Origin: Candidatus Brocadiia bacterium
GTDB taxonomy: Bacteria; Planctomycetota; Brocadiia; CAIUPP01
Length of the DNA stretch: 64,000 bases
Reading direction: 5' to 3'
NCBI GenBank assembly: GCA_050015075.1
Contig: JBEKCB010000009.1
Coordinates: 64,001-128,000 of the forward strand
In this document: one piece after another, positions 18,354 through 28,161 of the stretch
How positions within the stretch are numbered: position 1 is the stretch's first letter
Layout: every line of letters starts with the position of its first letter
Notes under the pieces: model-generated
Told to the model about the DNA's origin: nothing
The model's database searches: none
Seen by the model: only the letters and a program-made list of their open reading frames with translations
Made by a program: the position numbers and the translations under genes

Positions 18354-19817
18354 GTGAAACTCTGCAAGCTGCCGAAGATTCTTCCGGGCATTCATCCGCC
18401 GGTGCCGGAGGACTGGGCGGAGGTCGAGGTGCTGGGCATCGCGCATGACTCGCGGCGCGTGAAGCCCGGCTCGGTCTTCGTCGCCATCGGCGGGCACGAG
18501 CGCGACGGCAACGCCTACATCGAGGACGCCCTCGCACGAGGCGCCGTCGCCATCGTCTCCGAGAAGCCGGTCCGCCCCTCGCGGCCGGTCGTCACGCTCA
18601 CGGTCAGCGACGCCCGCCGCGCGCTCGCCGCGCTGGCGAGCACCTTCTACGGCAAGCCCTCGCGCCGGCTCCACGTCATCGGCGTCACGGGCACGAACGG
18701 GAAGACCACCACGACGTACATGATCCGCTCGATCCTCGAAGCCGCCGGCTATCGCTGCGGCGTGCTCGGCACGATCGGCTACGAGACCGGCCGCCGCTCG
18801 CTGCCGGCCTCGGTCACCACGCCGGAGTCGCTGAGCATCCAGGAGTACCTGGCCGAGATGGTCGCCGAGGGGCTCGATTACGCCGCGATGGAGGTCTCCT
18901 CGCATTCGCTCTGCATGCGGCGCGTGGACTTCGTGCAGTTCGCCGCGGCGGTCTTCACGAACCTGAGCCCGGAGCACATGGATTATCACCGCACGCTCGC
19001 GGCCTATCGCCAGGCCAAGGCGCGGCTCTTCTCCGCGCTCGGCCCGGCCTCGGTCGCGGTGATCAACGCCGACGACAAGAGCGCCGCCGGGATGGCGCGC
19101 GGCACGTTCGCGCGCGTGCTCTACTACGGAATCAAGAACCGCGCCGAGGTCTCGGCGCGGATCAAGGAATCCACGCTCGACGGCATCTGCATGACGCTCG
19201 CGACGCCCTCGGGCGAGGCGGAACTGCACCTGCCGCTCATCGGCACGCACAACGTCTACAACGCCCTCGGCGCCGCGGCCGTGACGCTGGCGCTCGGGCG
19301 CGACCTGAACTGCATCCGCGACGGGCTCGAACACGTGCCGCCGGTCCCGGGCCGGCTCGAGCCGGTGCCCTGCCCGAAGGGATGCAAGGTGCTCGTGGAT
19401 TTCGCGCACACCGACCAGGCGCTGAAATCGGTCTTGCAGTCGCTGCGGCCGCTGACCTCGAAGCGGATCATCGTCGTCTTCGGCGCCGGCGGCGACCGCG
19501 ACCGCGAGAAGCGCCCGCGCATGGGCCGCGTCGCCGAGCTCGGCGCGGACATGGCCTGGGTCACCAGCGACAACCCGCGCAGCGAGGAGCCGCTCGACAT
19601 CATCAATGAGATCCTCAGCGGAGTCCGCAGCCGGCGCCGGCTGCACGTTCAGCCCGACCGTCAGGCGGCCATCGCCGAGGCGCTCGACGCCGCGCGGCCC
19701 GGCGACCTGGTCCTCATCGCCGGCAAAGGCCACGAGCGGACACAGCGGTTCAAGGACAAAGTGATTCCCTTCGACGACCGCGAGGCCGTCGAGCGCGCCT
19801 TCGCGCTCAAGGGATGA
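18354..19817 (+). CDS. murE: UDP-MurNAc-dipeptide:meso-DAP ligase
   Basis: GVTGTNGKTT, MEVSSH, DNPR (DAP-specific motif), AGKGHE. Confidence 0.96.
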   Translation: MKLCKLPKILPGIHPPVPEDWAEVEVLGIAHDSRRVKPGSVFVAIGGHERDGNAYIEDALARGAVAIVSEKPVRPSRPVVTLTVSDARRALAALASTFYGKPSRRLHVIGVTGTNGKTTTTYMIRSILEAAGYRCGVLGTIGYETGRRSLPASVTTPESLSIQEYLAEMVAEGLDYAAMEVSSHSLCMRRVDFVQFAAAVFTNLSPEHMDYHRTLAAYRQAKARLFSALGPASVAVINADDKSAAGMARGTFARVLYYGIKNRAEVSARIKESTLDGICMTLATPSGEAELHLPLIGTHNVYNALGAAAVTLALGRDLNCIRDGLEHVPPVPGRLEPVPCPKGCKVLVDFAHTDQALKSVLQSLRPLTSKRIIVVFGAGGDRDREKRPRMGRVAELGADMAWVTSDNPRSEEPLDIINEILSGVRSRRRLHVQPDRQAAIAEALDAARPGDLVLIAGKGHERTQRFKDKVIPFDDREAVERAFALKG

Positions 19818-19841
19818 AATTTCACGCAAGGGATTAATGAA

Positions 19842-21230
19842 GTGAGCCATCAACGTCTGCGCACTGTGGGTGTGGAGATCGTGGGAGCTATCGGGAGACG
19901 CCCGGGAAGGAGGATCTGGACCATTACGGGCGTCTCCACCGATAGTCGCGTGGTCCGTCCCGGAGAGATGTTCTTCGCCCTCACCGGCGCGCGCTCTGAC
20001 GGACATGACTTCGTCCGGTCCGCCCTCGAACGGGGCGCGGCGTGCGCCGTGGTCAGCCGCGACGTGGACGTTCCGCACGCGATGCGCGACCGCGTCGTGA
20101 GGGTCAAGGACACCCTGCGCGCGCTGGGCCAGTCGGCCCGCGCGTATCGCCGCACCTGGGGCGGAAAGGTCATCGCCGTCACCGGATCGAACGGCAAGAC
20201 CACGACGCGCGAGATGATCTACCACATCCTGTCCGCACATATGCCGTGCCACCGGTCGCCGAAGAGCTTCAACACCGACGTCGGCGTGTCGCTCACGCTC
20301 TTCCAGGCCGACCCGACCGACCGCGTGATCGTCCTGGAGATGGGCACGAACGCGCCGGGCGAGATCGCGGAACTGACGCAGATCGCCGAGCCGGACCTGG
20401 GCGTCATCACGAACATCGGCGAGACGCACCTCGAAGGGCTCGGCTCGATCGAGGGCGTGGCGAAGGCGAAGGCGGAGCTGCTCGACGCGCTCGGCCGCGA
20501 CAGCGCCGCGTTCCTCAACGCCGACGATCCCTGGTTCGAGTTCCTGGCCAAGCGCGTCCAGGGAAAAGTGATCAGCTACGGCACGCGGCGCGAGGCCGCG
20601 TTCCGCGGACATGACCTGCAGAGTTTCGAGGGCGGCCATTCGTTCATCATCCGCGGCGGCCTCCGGGTCGAGATCCCTGTGCCCGGCCGGCACAACGTCC
20701 TGAACGCGCTCGCGGCGCTGGCGGTGGCGGACTACCTCGGCCTGTGCCTGTCGGACGCGGCGGCGCGGATGGCGACGTTCCGCCTGCCGGAGATGCGCTA
20801 CCAGGTCGAGCAGATCCGCGGGATCACGGTGGTGTTCGACGGATACAACGCGAACCCCGGCTCGATGAGCGCGGCGATTGCGGCGTTCAGCAAGACCGAG
20901 GTGCCCGGCCGGCGCGTGGCCGTGCTCGGCGACATGATGGAACTCGGCCTGCGCAGCGAGCAGCTCCATGAGGCGCTGGGCGCGGAAGTCGCGCGTTCCG
21001 GCGTCAACGCGCTCTGGGCGGTCGGCAAGTTCGCGCCGCTCGTCGCGCGCTCCGCCGAGAAAAACGGGCTCGATGGCCACGTGTCGCAGGCGGACGACGT
21101 CGGGCCGGTCGTCCGCCACGTCTGCGAATACCTGCAACCCGGCGACGCCGTTCTCGTCAAGGGCTCGCGCGGGATGAAAATGGAACGGTTGGTCGAGGAA
21201 TTGCGGGCTGCGCCCGCATTGAAGGGTTAA
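19842..21230 (+). CDS. murF: UDP-MurNAc-tripeptide:D-Ala-D-Ala ligase
   Basis: TDSR, TGSNGKTT, EMG, YNANP.SM, GDM.ELG, KGSRGM. Confidence 0.95.
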   Translation: MSHQRLRTVGVEIVGAIGRRPGRRIWTITGVSTDSRVVRPGEMFFALTGARSDGHDFVRSALERGAACAVVSRDVDVPHAMRDRVVRVKDTLRALGQSARAYRRTWGGKVIAVTGSNGKTTTREMIYHILSAHMPCHRSPKSFNTDVGVSLTLFQADPTDRVIVLEMGTNAPGEIAELTQIAEPDLGVITNIGETHLEGLGSIEGVAKAKAELLDALGRDSAAFLNADDPWFEFLAKRVQGKVISYGTRREAAFRGHDLQSFEGGHSFIIRGGLRVEIPVPGRHNVLNALAALAVADYLGLCLSDAAARMATFRLPEMRYQVEQIRGITVVFDGYNANPGSMSAAIAAFSKTEVPGRRVAVLGDMMELGLRSEQLHEALGAEVARSGVNALWAVGKFAPLVARSAEKNGLDGHVSQADDVGPVVRHVCEYLQPGDAVLVKGSRGMKMERLVEELRAAPALKG

Positions 21231-21234
21231 AAAC

Positions 21235-22305
21235 GTGCTGTACGGCTTATTGTTACTGGATAACATTCTTCTGCGCGCGGGCCTGTCCTTCCTGACAGCG
21301 CTGGTCGTCAGCCTAGTGGCCGGCTCGTGGCTCATCCGATTCTTCCACCGGAAGAACGTGATCGAGGACACCACGCAGCCGGACCACGCTGGCCTGAACG
21401 CGATCCAGTCGCTGAAGAAAGACGTGCCGACGATGGGTGGATTGATGATCCTGGCCGGCATCGTCGTCGCCACGCTGCTCTGGGCTGATTTGAAGGCGCC
21501 CACGGTCTGGATCGGGCTTCTGGTCCTGGTCGTTCTGGGCGGCGCAGGTCTTGTGGACGATTACATCAAGCTCAGGCACAAGCCATCGCGCGGGCTGACG
21601 AAGATACAGAAGCTCGTCGTTCAGTTCATCCTCGGCGGCGTCGTGGGTTATCTGCTCATGAGATATTGGAACGGCTATCTACCTGTTGCGATGGCGATGT
21701 CCTGGGTTCGCATCCCATTGACCGGGATTTGGCTCGACTTTGGCTGGTGGTACATCCTCTGGTCCGGATTCGTCATGGCCGCCACGTCCAATGCCGTGAA
21801 CATTACCGACGGCCTCGACGGCCTTGCCGGCGGGCTGATGCTGATCGCGATGATGTTCATGACCTTTTTGGGACTGTGGGAACTCGTATCTCATTCGACA
21901 GGGGCAGAGTTCACCTTATTCTTGGAGAACCATTCCGTTCTCTGTGCCTGTAGCGCCGGGGCCGTCCTCGGATTCCTCTGGTACAACTGCAACCCCGCAC
22001 AGATTTTCATGGGCGACACCGGCTCGCTCGCGCTGGGCGGGCTGCTGGCGTACGCCGGGCTGTGCATGAAGGCTGAATTCCTGCTTCTGGTGGTCGGCGG
22101 CGTGTTCTTCATCGAAGAACTGACCGTGGCGATGCAGATCGCCAGTTTCAAGCTGACGAAGAAGCGGGTCTTCCCGATCACACCGATCCACCATTATTTT
22201 CAGGTCCATCTGAAATGGCCCGAGCAGAAAATTGTGACGCGCGCGTGGTTCCTGGGCGCTTTCGCGGCATTTCTAGCGCTCTTGATCTTTGCGGCGCGGG
22301 ACTGA
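21235..22305 (+). CDS. mraY: Phospho-N-acetylmuramoyl-pentapeptide transferase
   Basis: PTMGG, DDYIK, NAVNITDGLDGL, FMGDTGSL, PIHH. Confidence 0.96.
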   Translation: MLYGLLLLDNILLRAGLSFLTALVVSLVAGSWLIRFFHRKNVIEDTTQPDHAGLNAIQSLKKDVPTMGGLMILAGIVVATLLWADLKAPTVWIGLLVLVVLGGAGLVDDYIKLRHKPSRGLTKIQKLVVQFILGGVVGYLLMRYWNGYLPVAMAMSWVRIPLTGIWLDFGWWYILWSGFVMAATSNAVNITDGLDGLAGGLMLIAMMFMTFLGLWELVSHSTGAEFTLFLENHSVLCACSAGAVLGFLWYNCNPAQIFMGDTGSLALGGLLAYAGLCMKAEFLLLVVGGVFFIEELTVAMQIASFKLTKKRVFPITPIHHYFQVHLKWPEQKIVTRAWFLGAFAAFLALLIFAARD

Positions 22306-22306
22306 C

Positions 22307-23461
22307 ATGAAACGAACCAGCGGAATTCTGTTGTGCTGCGTGGCGACGCTGCTGGCGCTGGGGGCGGTGATGGTGTTCTCGTGCCTCTCCGCGCGGGCGA
22401 GCACGCTGGACGTCGGGCTGGAATACCTCTTCAAGCATGCGCTCTGGGTCGCCGGCGGCGTGGTGATCATGCTGCTGATGAGCCGGCTGGATTATCACTG
22501 GCTGGAGAAGCACCAGCGGATCATCGCCGTCGCGGCGCTCGTGTCGCTGGTGCTCGTTCTGGTTCCGCACTTGGGCACGATGACGCACGGCGCGCGGCGG
22601 TGGATCCGGTTCTACGGCCCGGTCGGCTTCCAGCCGTCGGAGATCGCCAAGCTGGCGCTGCTGGTGGTGCTGTGCGGCATGGCCGCGCGGCGCGGAGAGC
22701 AGATGCGCTCGCTGCGCTCCGGACTTCTGCCGTGCATGGCGGTGGTCGGCCTGACGGCCGGGCTGATCCTGGTCGAGCCGGATTACGGAACCGCGGCGCT
22801 GATCGGCATCATCGGCTCGCTGGTGGTGCTCGTCGCCGAGGCGCCGGTCTGGCCGATGGCCGCGGCGGGCTCAGCGGGGCTCGCCGGCGCCGCCGCGCTC
22901 GTCTGGCGATCGCCCGTGCGCCAGGCGCGCGTGCTCGCGTTCCTCGACCCGTCGCAGCATCTGGACGGCGCCGGATACCAGTTGATGCACTCGCTGATCG
23001 CGCTCGGCAGCGGCGGGCTGCTCGGCCGAGGGCTCGGCGCCAGCCGCCAGAAGCTCTTCTTCCTGCCCGAGCCGGAGACCGATTTCATCTTCGCCGTGAT
23101 CGGCGAGGAACTCGGCCTGATCGGCGCGCTGGCGGTGATTTTCGTCTTCGTGCTGATCCTGTGGCAGGGCATGAAGATCGCTTCGCGAGCGCGCGATTCG
23201 TTCGGCCGGCTGCTGGCCTTCGGGATCACGGCCCTGATCGTGTTCCAGGCGCTGATCCATATCGCCGTCGTCACCGCCTCGATGCCCACCAAGGGCATCG
23301 TGCTGCCGCTCGTCTCCTCGGGCGGGTCCTCGATTGTGGTCACGCTGGCGGCGATCGGGGTTCTTCTCAATATCGCGTCGCAGGCGGTCGAAGAGCCGAA
23401 CGCGAACGTCGAAGCGCCGCCGGCGGAGGACGCCAAGCGGCCGATGGAAGCGGGCGTTTAG
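22307..23461 (+). CDS. ftsW: SEDS peptidoglycan polymerase FtsW
   Basis: GARRW, FQPSE.AK, EPDYGT, GYQ, LPE..TDFIF, P.KG..LP.VS.GGSS. Confidence 0.94.
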   Translation: MKRTSGILLCCVATLLALGAVMVFSCLSARASTLDVGLEYLFKHALWVAGGVVIMLLMSRLDYHWLEKHQRIIAVAALVSLVLVLVPHLGTMTHGARRWIRFYGPVGFQPSEIAKLALLVVLCGMAARRGEQMRSLRSGLLPCMAVVGLTAGLILVEPDYGTAALIGIIGSLVVLVAEAPVWPMAAAGSAGLAGAAALVWRSPVRQARVLAFLDPSQHLDGAGYQLMHSLIALGSGGLLGRGLGASRQKLFFLPEPETDFIFAVIGEELGLIGALAVIFVFVLILWQGMKIASRARDSFGRLLAFGITALIVFQALIHIAVVTASMPTKGIVLPLVSSGGSSIVVTLAAIGVLLNIASQAVEEPNANVEAPPAEDAKRPMEAGV

Positions 23462-23493
23462 AAACAGAGTTCTCACTGTCGGAGTCCTGGCAT

Positions 23494-24681
23494 ATGGGCA
23501 AAGGAATCGAAGCCAAGCGTTTCACCGGCATCTTCGCCGGCGGCGGCACAGGCGGGCACCTGATGCCCGGATTGAGCGTGGCGGCGGAGTTGCGGCGCGC
23601 CTATCCGGACACCAGCCGGCTCTACTTCGTCGGCACTTCCAATTCGCTCGAGCGCCGGCTGGTCGAGTCGCACGGGTTCGACTTCCTCTCCCTGCCGAGC
23701 CTGAAGCTGGCCGCCTCGCCCGCGGCTCTGCCGCGCTGGATCATGCGGCTGACCGGCGGGCTGGTCGAGGCGACTCGGCTGATCCGCCGGCTGCGGCCGG
23801 ACGCCGTCGTGAGCCTGGGCGGATACGCCGCCGTCGCCCCGTCGCTGGCCGCGGCGCTCTGCCGCGTGCCGATGGCGGTGATGGAGCAGAACGCGGTGCC
23901 CGGGAAGACCAACCGGCTGCTCAGCTGGTGGGCGCGCGAGGTGTACGCGCCATGGCCGGGAATCGAGTCGTTCTTCGCGTATCCCGAGCGCGTGCACGTC
24001 ACCGGCAACCCGGTGCGCGAGGATCTGCCGCGCCGCCGCTCGCCCCACCTGGCCGGGCAGTTCGGCCTTAACCCGCACAAGTGCACGCTCCTGGTGATGG
24101 GCGGCAGCCAGGGCGCACAGACGATCAACCGCGCCGTCGTCGCCGCGCTGCCGGAACTCGAGACGGAGTCCGAGTGGCTCCAGATCCTCCACAGCACCGG
24201 CCAGTCCGGATACGAGGAAACCGCCGCGGCGTACGCCGGCCGGAAAATCCAGTCGGCGGTGCTGCCCTACGTCGAGGACATGGCCTCGGCCTACGCGCTG
24301 TGCGAGCTGGCGCTCTGCCGCGCGGGCGGGACGACGCTGGCCGAGTTGACCACGCTCGGCGTGCCGGCGGTGCTCGTGCCGCTGCCGATCGCCGCGAATG
24401 ACCACCAGCGCCGCAACGCCTCGCTCGTCGCGGGAGCCGGCGCAGCGCTGTTGATGGAGCAGGCCGACTTCGCGATGGGCCGCCTGGCGGCAACGCTCGT
24501 CGGGCTGCTGCGCAACGACGAGTGCCTCGCCCGCATGCGCGCGGCCAGCCTGCGGCTGGGCCGCCCGAACGCGACGAAGAACGTCGCAGAGCGGCTTTTT
24601 CGGTTGATGAACGGGCGCAAGGGCGAGCGCGCCGCGCCGAGGGCGGAGCGCGGAGTCGAGAAGATGATAGTCAGGCGTTAG
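23494..24681 (+). CDS. murG: MurG glycosyltransferase
   Basis: GGGTGGH, GGY, EQN..PG..NR, GNPVR, GGSQGA, RAG..T.AE, HQ..NA. Confidence 0.96.
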   Translation: MGKGIEAKRFTGIFAGGGTGGHLMPGLSVAAELRRAYPDTSRLYFVGTSNSLERRLVESHGFDFLSLPSLKLAASPAALPRWIMRLTGGLVEATRLIRRLRPDAVVSLGGYAAVAPSLAAALCRVPMAVMEQNAVPGKTNRLLSWWAREVYAPWPGIESFFAYPERVHVTGNPVREDLPRRRSPHLAGQFGLNPHKCTLLVMGGSQGAQTINRAVVAALPELETESEWLQILHSTGQSGYEETAAAYAGRKIQSAVLPYVEDMASAYALCELALCRAGGTTLAELTTLGVPAVLVPLPIAANDHQRRNASLVAGAGAALLMEQADFAMGRLAATLVGLLRNDECLARMRAASLRLGRPNATKNVAERLFRLMNGRKGERAAPRAERGVEKMIVRR

Positions 24682-24709
24682 GCGTCATCTCCTGTAGGAG
24701 ATTCATTTC

Positions 24710-26212
24710 GTGCGCAGGCGGCGTAAAACAACCCGGAAGCAGCTTCAGCTCTGGCCGAAGCCCGCGCCGGCGCAGCCATCGAGGGAAAGCGGCGCGCCGA
24801 TTCCCTGGCGCGGCACCGCGGTGCACCTGATCGGCATCGGCGGCGTCGGCATGAGCGGGATCGCCGCCCTGCTGCCGCACTACGGCTGCACCGTCACCGG
24901 CTGCGACGCCGGCGGCAGCGAAATCATCGAATCGCTCACGCGACGCGGCATCCGTGTTTCCATCGGCCACAGCCCCGAGCACATCACCGACAAACTCGGC
25001 CTGGTCATCGTCTCCGCCGCGATCCGCGACACGAACCCGGAAGTGCGCGAGGCGGCGCGGCGCGGCATACCCGTCATCAAGTACGCGCAGGCGCTCGGCT
25101 GGCTGATGAAGGACCGCGACGGCATCGCCGTCAGCGGCGCGCACGGCAAGACCACCACCACTTCGATGATCGCCTACGCGCTGAGCTACGGCGGCAAGCA
25201 TCCCGCGATGGTCGTCGGCGGCGTCGTGCCGCAACTCGGCGGCAACTCGCTCACCGGCCGCGGCGGACCGTTCGTCGTCGAGGCGTGCGAATACGATCGC
25301 TCGTTCCTCAACCTCAGTCCGAAGGCCGTCGTCGTCACCAATATTGACCGCGAGCACCTCGATTACTATTCGGGCCTCGAGGAGCTGGTCGAGGCGTTCG
25401 GCGCCTTCGTCGCGCAGGCGCCGGCCGACGGGCTCTGCGTGGCGAACGGCGACGACCCGAACGTCCTTCGCGCCGTGAAGCAGAGCCGCGCGCGCGTCGA
25501 GACCTTCGGCGACGGGAAAGACTGCGACTGGCGCGTCAGCGAATGGTCCCGCGCCGAAGGACGCACGCGGTTCCGCGCCTTCCACCGCGGCAAGAACGTC
25601 GGCGTTTTCGAACTGCTCGTGCCGGGCTACTACAACGTGCGCAATGCGCTGGCGTGCATCGCCATCAGCAGCTTCTTCGACGTGAACCGCCAGGACGTGC
25701 GCGAGTCGCTCGCCGAATTCCGCGGCGCGCGCCGGCGCTTCGACCGCCTCGGCGAGGCCGCCGGCGTGATGGTCTTCGACGATTACGGCCACCACCCGAC
25801 CGAGGTGCGCGTCACGCTCGACGCCGCGCGGCAGGAATTCCCGAAGCGCCGCCTGCTCTGCGTTTTCCAGCCGCATCAGTGCAGCCGCACGCGGCTGCTC
25901 ATGAACGATTTCGCCGGCGCGTTCGGATCGGCCGACTGCGTCATCGTCCCGGATATCTACTCGGTGCGCGACAACGAGGCGGACCGGGCGAGCGTGCACT
26001 CGCAGGACCTCGTCGCCACGCTGCGCCGCAATGGTGTGCAGGCGGAATACGGCTCGCAGTTCCCTGAGACCGTGGATCGCCTGCTCCACTCCGTCCGCAG
26101 CGGAGACCTGGTGATGACGATGGGGGCAGGTCCGGTGAACGACGTGGGGATACGCCTGCTGCAGGAACTCAAGAAAAGGGAGCAAAGCGATGAACTGGTA
26201 CTCAGGGCTTGA
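24710..26212 (+). CDS. murC: UDP-N-acetylmuramate:L-alanine ligase
   Basis: HLIGIGGVGMS, G.HGKTTT, EACEYD, DDYGHHPTE, FQPH. Start uncertain. Confidence 0.95.
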   Translation: MRRRRKTTRKQLQLWPKPAPAQPSRESGAPIPWRGTAVHLIGIGGVGMSGIAALLPHYGCTVTGCDAGGSEIIESLTRRGIRVSIGHSPEHITDKLGLVIVSAAIRDTNPEVREAARRGIPVIKYAQALGWLMKDRDGIAVSGAHGKTTTTSMIAYALSYGGKHPAMVVGGVVPQLGGNSLTGRGGPFVVEACEYDRSFLNLSPKAVVVTNIDREHLDYYSGLEELVEAFGAFVAQAPADGLCVANGDDPNVLRAVKQSRARVETFGDGKDCDWRVSEWSRAEGRTRFRAFHRGKNVGVFELLVPGYYNVRNALACIAISSFFDVNRQDVRESLAEFRGARRRFDRLGEAAGVMVFDDYGHHPTEVRVTLDAARQEFPKRRLLCVFQPHQCSRTRLLMNDFAGAFGSADCVIVPDIYSVRDNEADRASVHSQDLVATLRRNGVQAEYGSQFPETVDRLLHSVRSGDLVMTMGAGPVNDVGIRLLQELKKREQSDELVLRA

Positions 26213-27152
26213 GTCGTTCGTGCGAGTGGACGAGCCGCTGGCCGAGCGCACGACGTTCGCCATCGGCGGTCGGGCGGCGTACTTCGTCGAGCCGACGACG
26301 GAGGCGGAGTTTGCCGCCGGCTACGCGGCCGCTATGCGCTCGCGGCTGCCGGTGTTCATCCTCGGCGGCGGAAGCAACCTGCTCGTCTCCGACAAGGGCG
26401 TGCCGGGCGTCGTGATCTGCACGACGAAGATGGCGGACAAGTCCATGCCCGCGCAGAGCCATTCCAGCTTCAGCGCGCACGCGGCCGGTTCGCTCGTCCA
26501 GTTGCGCGCCGGGACGAGCCTGGAGAAGGCCGTCCTCTGGACTGCGCGCGCCGGGCTCTCGGGGCTGGAGTGCCTCGCCGGGATTCCCGGCACCGTCGGC
26601 GGCGCCGTCCGCATGAACGCCGGCGGGCGCTACGGCATGATCTGCGACGCGATCCACGCGGTCTGGTGCGTGGACCGCCAGGGCCGCATCTACATGCGCA
26701 ACGCCTCCGACATCCAGTGGGGCTATCGGGCGACCGACCTGGGCGACCCGATCGTCCGCGTCGGCTTCGACCTGCAGCGCAAGCCGCCCGAGGCCGTCAG
26801 GCTCCAGCGCTCGAAAATCCTCTCCGAGAAGCGCTCCTCGCAGCCGGTGCAGCAGCACAGCGCGGGCTGTTTCTTCAAGAACCCGGGCGAGGAGAAAGCC
26901 GGCGAACTGATCGAGATGGCCGGGCTGAAGGGCTATCGCGTCGGCGAGGCGTGCGTCTCGCCGAAACATGCGAACTTTATCGTGAACCTCGGTGGCGCGA
27001 CCGCGAACGACGTCCTGGCGCTCTCGGACACCGTCCGCGACCGCGTCTATGCCGAGTTCGACGTCTCGCTCGAGAACGAAGTTTCCACGTGGGGTTTGCC
27101 GCGCGAGCGCCCGCCGGTGAACCGCCTTTTCGTGTCGCCGGCGCGGGTGTGA
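26190..27152 (+). CDS. murB: UDP-N-acetylenolpyruvoylglucosamine reductase
   Basis: GGGSNLL, GIPGTVGGA.RMNAG, SAGC.FKNP, HANF. Confidence 0.95.
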   Translation: MNWYSGLESFVRVDEPLAERTTFAIGGRAAYFVEPTTEAEFAAGYAAAMRSRLPVFILGGGSNLLVSDKGVPGVVICTTKMADKSMPAQSHSSFSAHAAGSLVQLRAGTSLEKAVLWTARAGLSGLECLAGIPGTVGGAVRMNAGGRYGMICDAIHAVWCVDRQGRIYMRNASDIQWGYRATDLGDPIVRVGFDLQRKPPEAVRLQRSKILSEKRSSQPVQQHSAGCFFKNPGEEKAGELIEMAGLKGYRVGEACVSPKHANFIVNLGGATANDVLALSDTVRDRVYAEFDVSLENEVSTWGLPRERPPVNRLFVSPARV

Positions 27153-27204
27153 TTCCAGGATCCTGGTGGATAAGAAACGTCATCACTTTCTGAAAGGGCA
27201 GAAC

Positions 27205-28143
27205 ATGCGTCGAAGAATCGCGGTGTTGATGGGCGGAGTCTCAGCGGAGCGTGAGGTGTCGCTCAAGTCGGGCAAAGGCATTGCCGAAGCGCTCCGCCAG
27301 AAGGGGCACGAAGTCCACGAGGTGGACATCGCCGAGGAGAGCATCGCGCCGGTGCTTGGCGTCCGGCCGGAACTGGCCTTCATCGCCCTGCATGGCCGGT
27401 TCGGCGAGGACGGCGGGATCCAAGGACTGCTCGATGAGGCCGGAATCGCGTACACCGGCTCCGACCCGCAGGCCAGCCGCGCGGGGATGGACAAAATGGC
27501 TTCCAAGTGCTTCTTCATCACGCACGATGTCCCGACGCCGCCGTTCCGGCTCTTGACGACTACGCAGTCGTGGGAAAAGGTCGAGGCCGCCATCGAGGAG
27601 GTCGGCCTGCCGCTGATCGTCAAGCCGCTGCGGCAGGGTTCGAGCTACGGCGTCTCCCTGGCGAAGACGCACGAGCAGGTGGCCACCGGTCTCGCCGAGG
27701 CGCTCAAGTACGGCCAGCACGCGCTCCTCGAGCGGTTCATCCCGGGCCGCGAGTTCACCGTCGGCATCCTCGACCAGGCTGCGCTGCCGGTCATCGAACT
27801 GCGGCACTCGCACGACATCTTCGACTTCGACGCCAAGTACACCGACCGCGGCACGGAGCGCGTGGTGCATCCGGAACTCCCGCGCGAGACCACGGAGAAG
27901 TTGCAGGAACTCGCCCTCGCCGCGCATCGCGCCCTGGGTTGCCGCCACTTCAGCCGCGTGGACCTGATGCTCGAAAACGACGGCTGCCCGTACGTCCTCG
28001 AAGTGAACACCATTCCGGGCTTCACCGAAAAGAGCCTGTTCCCGCTCGCCGCGCGTGAGGCTGGAATCCCGTTCGCGGACCTCTGCGACCGCATCGTGGA
28101 CCTGGCGCTGACGCCGGCACCGGTGGAAGTCGGCGGGATCTAG
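27205..28143 (+). CDS. ddl: D-alanine-D-alanine ligase
   Basis: GG.SAEREVS..SG, LHG..GEDG, GSS.GV, FDF.AKY, EVNTIPG.T. Confidence 0.95.
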   Translation: MRRRIAVLMGGVSAEREVSLKSGKGIAEALRQKGHEVHEVDIAEESIAPVLGVRPELAFIALHGRFGEDGGIQGLLDEAGIAYTGSDPQASRAGMDKMASKCFFITHDVPTPPFRLLTTTQSWEKVEAAIEEVGLPLIVKPLRQGSSYGVSLAKTHEQVATGLAEALKYGQHALLERFIPGREFTVGILDQAALPVIELRHSHDIFDFDAKYTDRGTERVVHPELPRETTEKLQELALAAHRALGCRHFSRVDLMLENDGCPYVLEVNTIPGFTEKSLFPLAAREAGIPFADLCDRIVDLALTPAPVEVGGI

Positions 28144-28161
28144 AAAGAATGAGAATGTGCC

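Noticed and set aside
19800-21230. murE and murF both end in ALKG
   Set aside because: Only four residues with different codons; most likely coincidence.
18255-21503. Very long antisense ORFs (1082 aa here; also 29979-32882, 10926-13445, 39158-41917, 53727-56255)
   Set aside because: Shadow frames of high-GC genes with clear identities on the opposite strand. They have no motifs of their own.
21650-21960. Lower-GC patch inside mraY suggesting recombination
   Set aside because: It covers variable TM and loop segments. It was judged by eye only and cannot be separated from amino-acid composition effects.
22333-23493. Apparent 782-aa N-terminally extended MurG
   Set aside because: The extension is an off-frame read through ftsW. 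The plausible murG start is ATG 23494.
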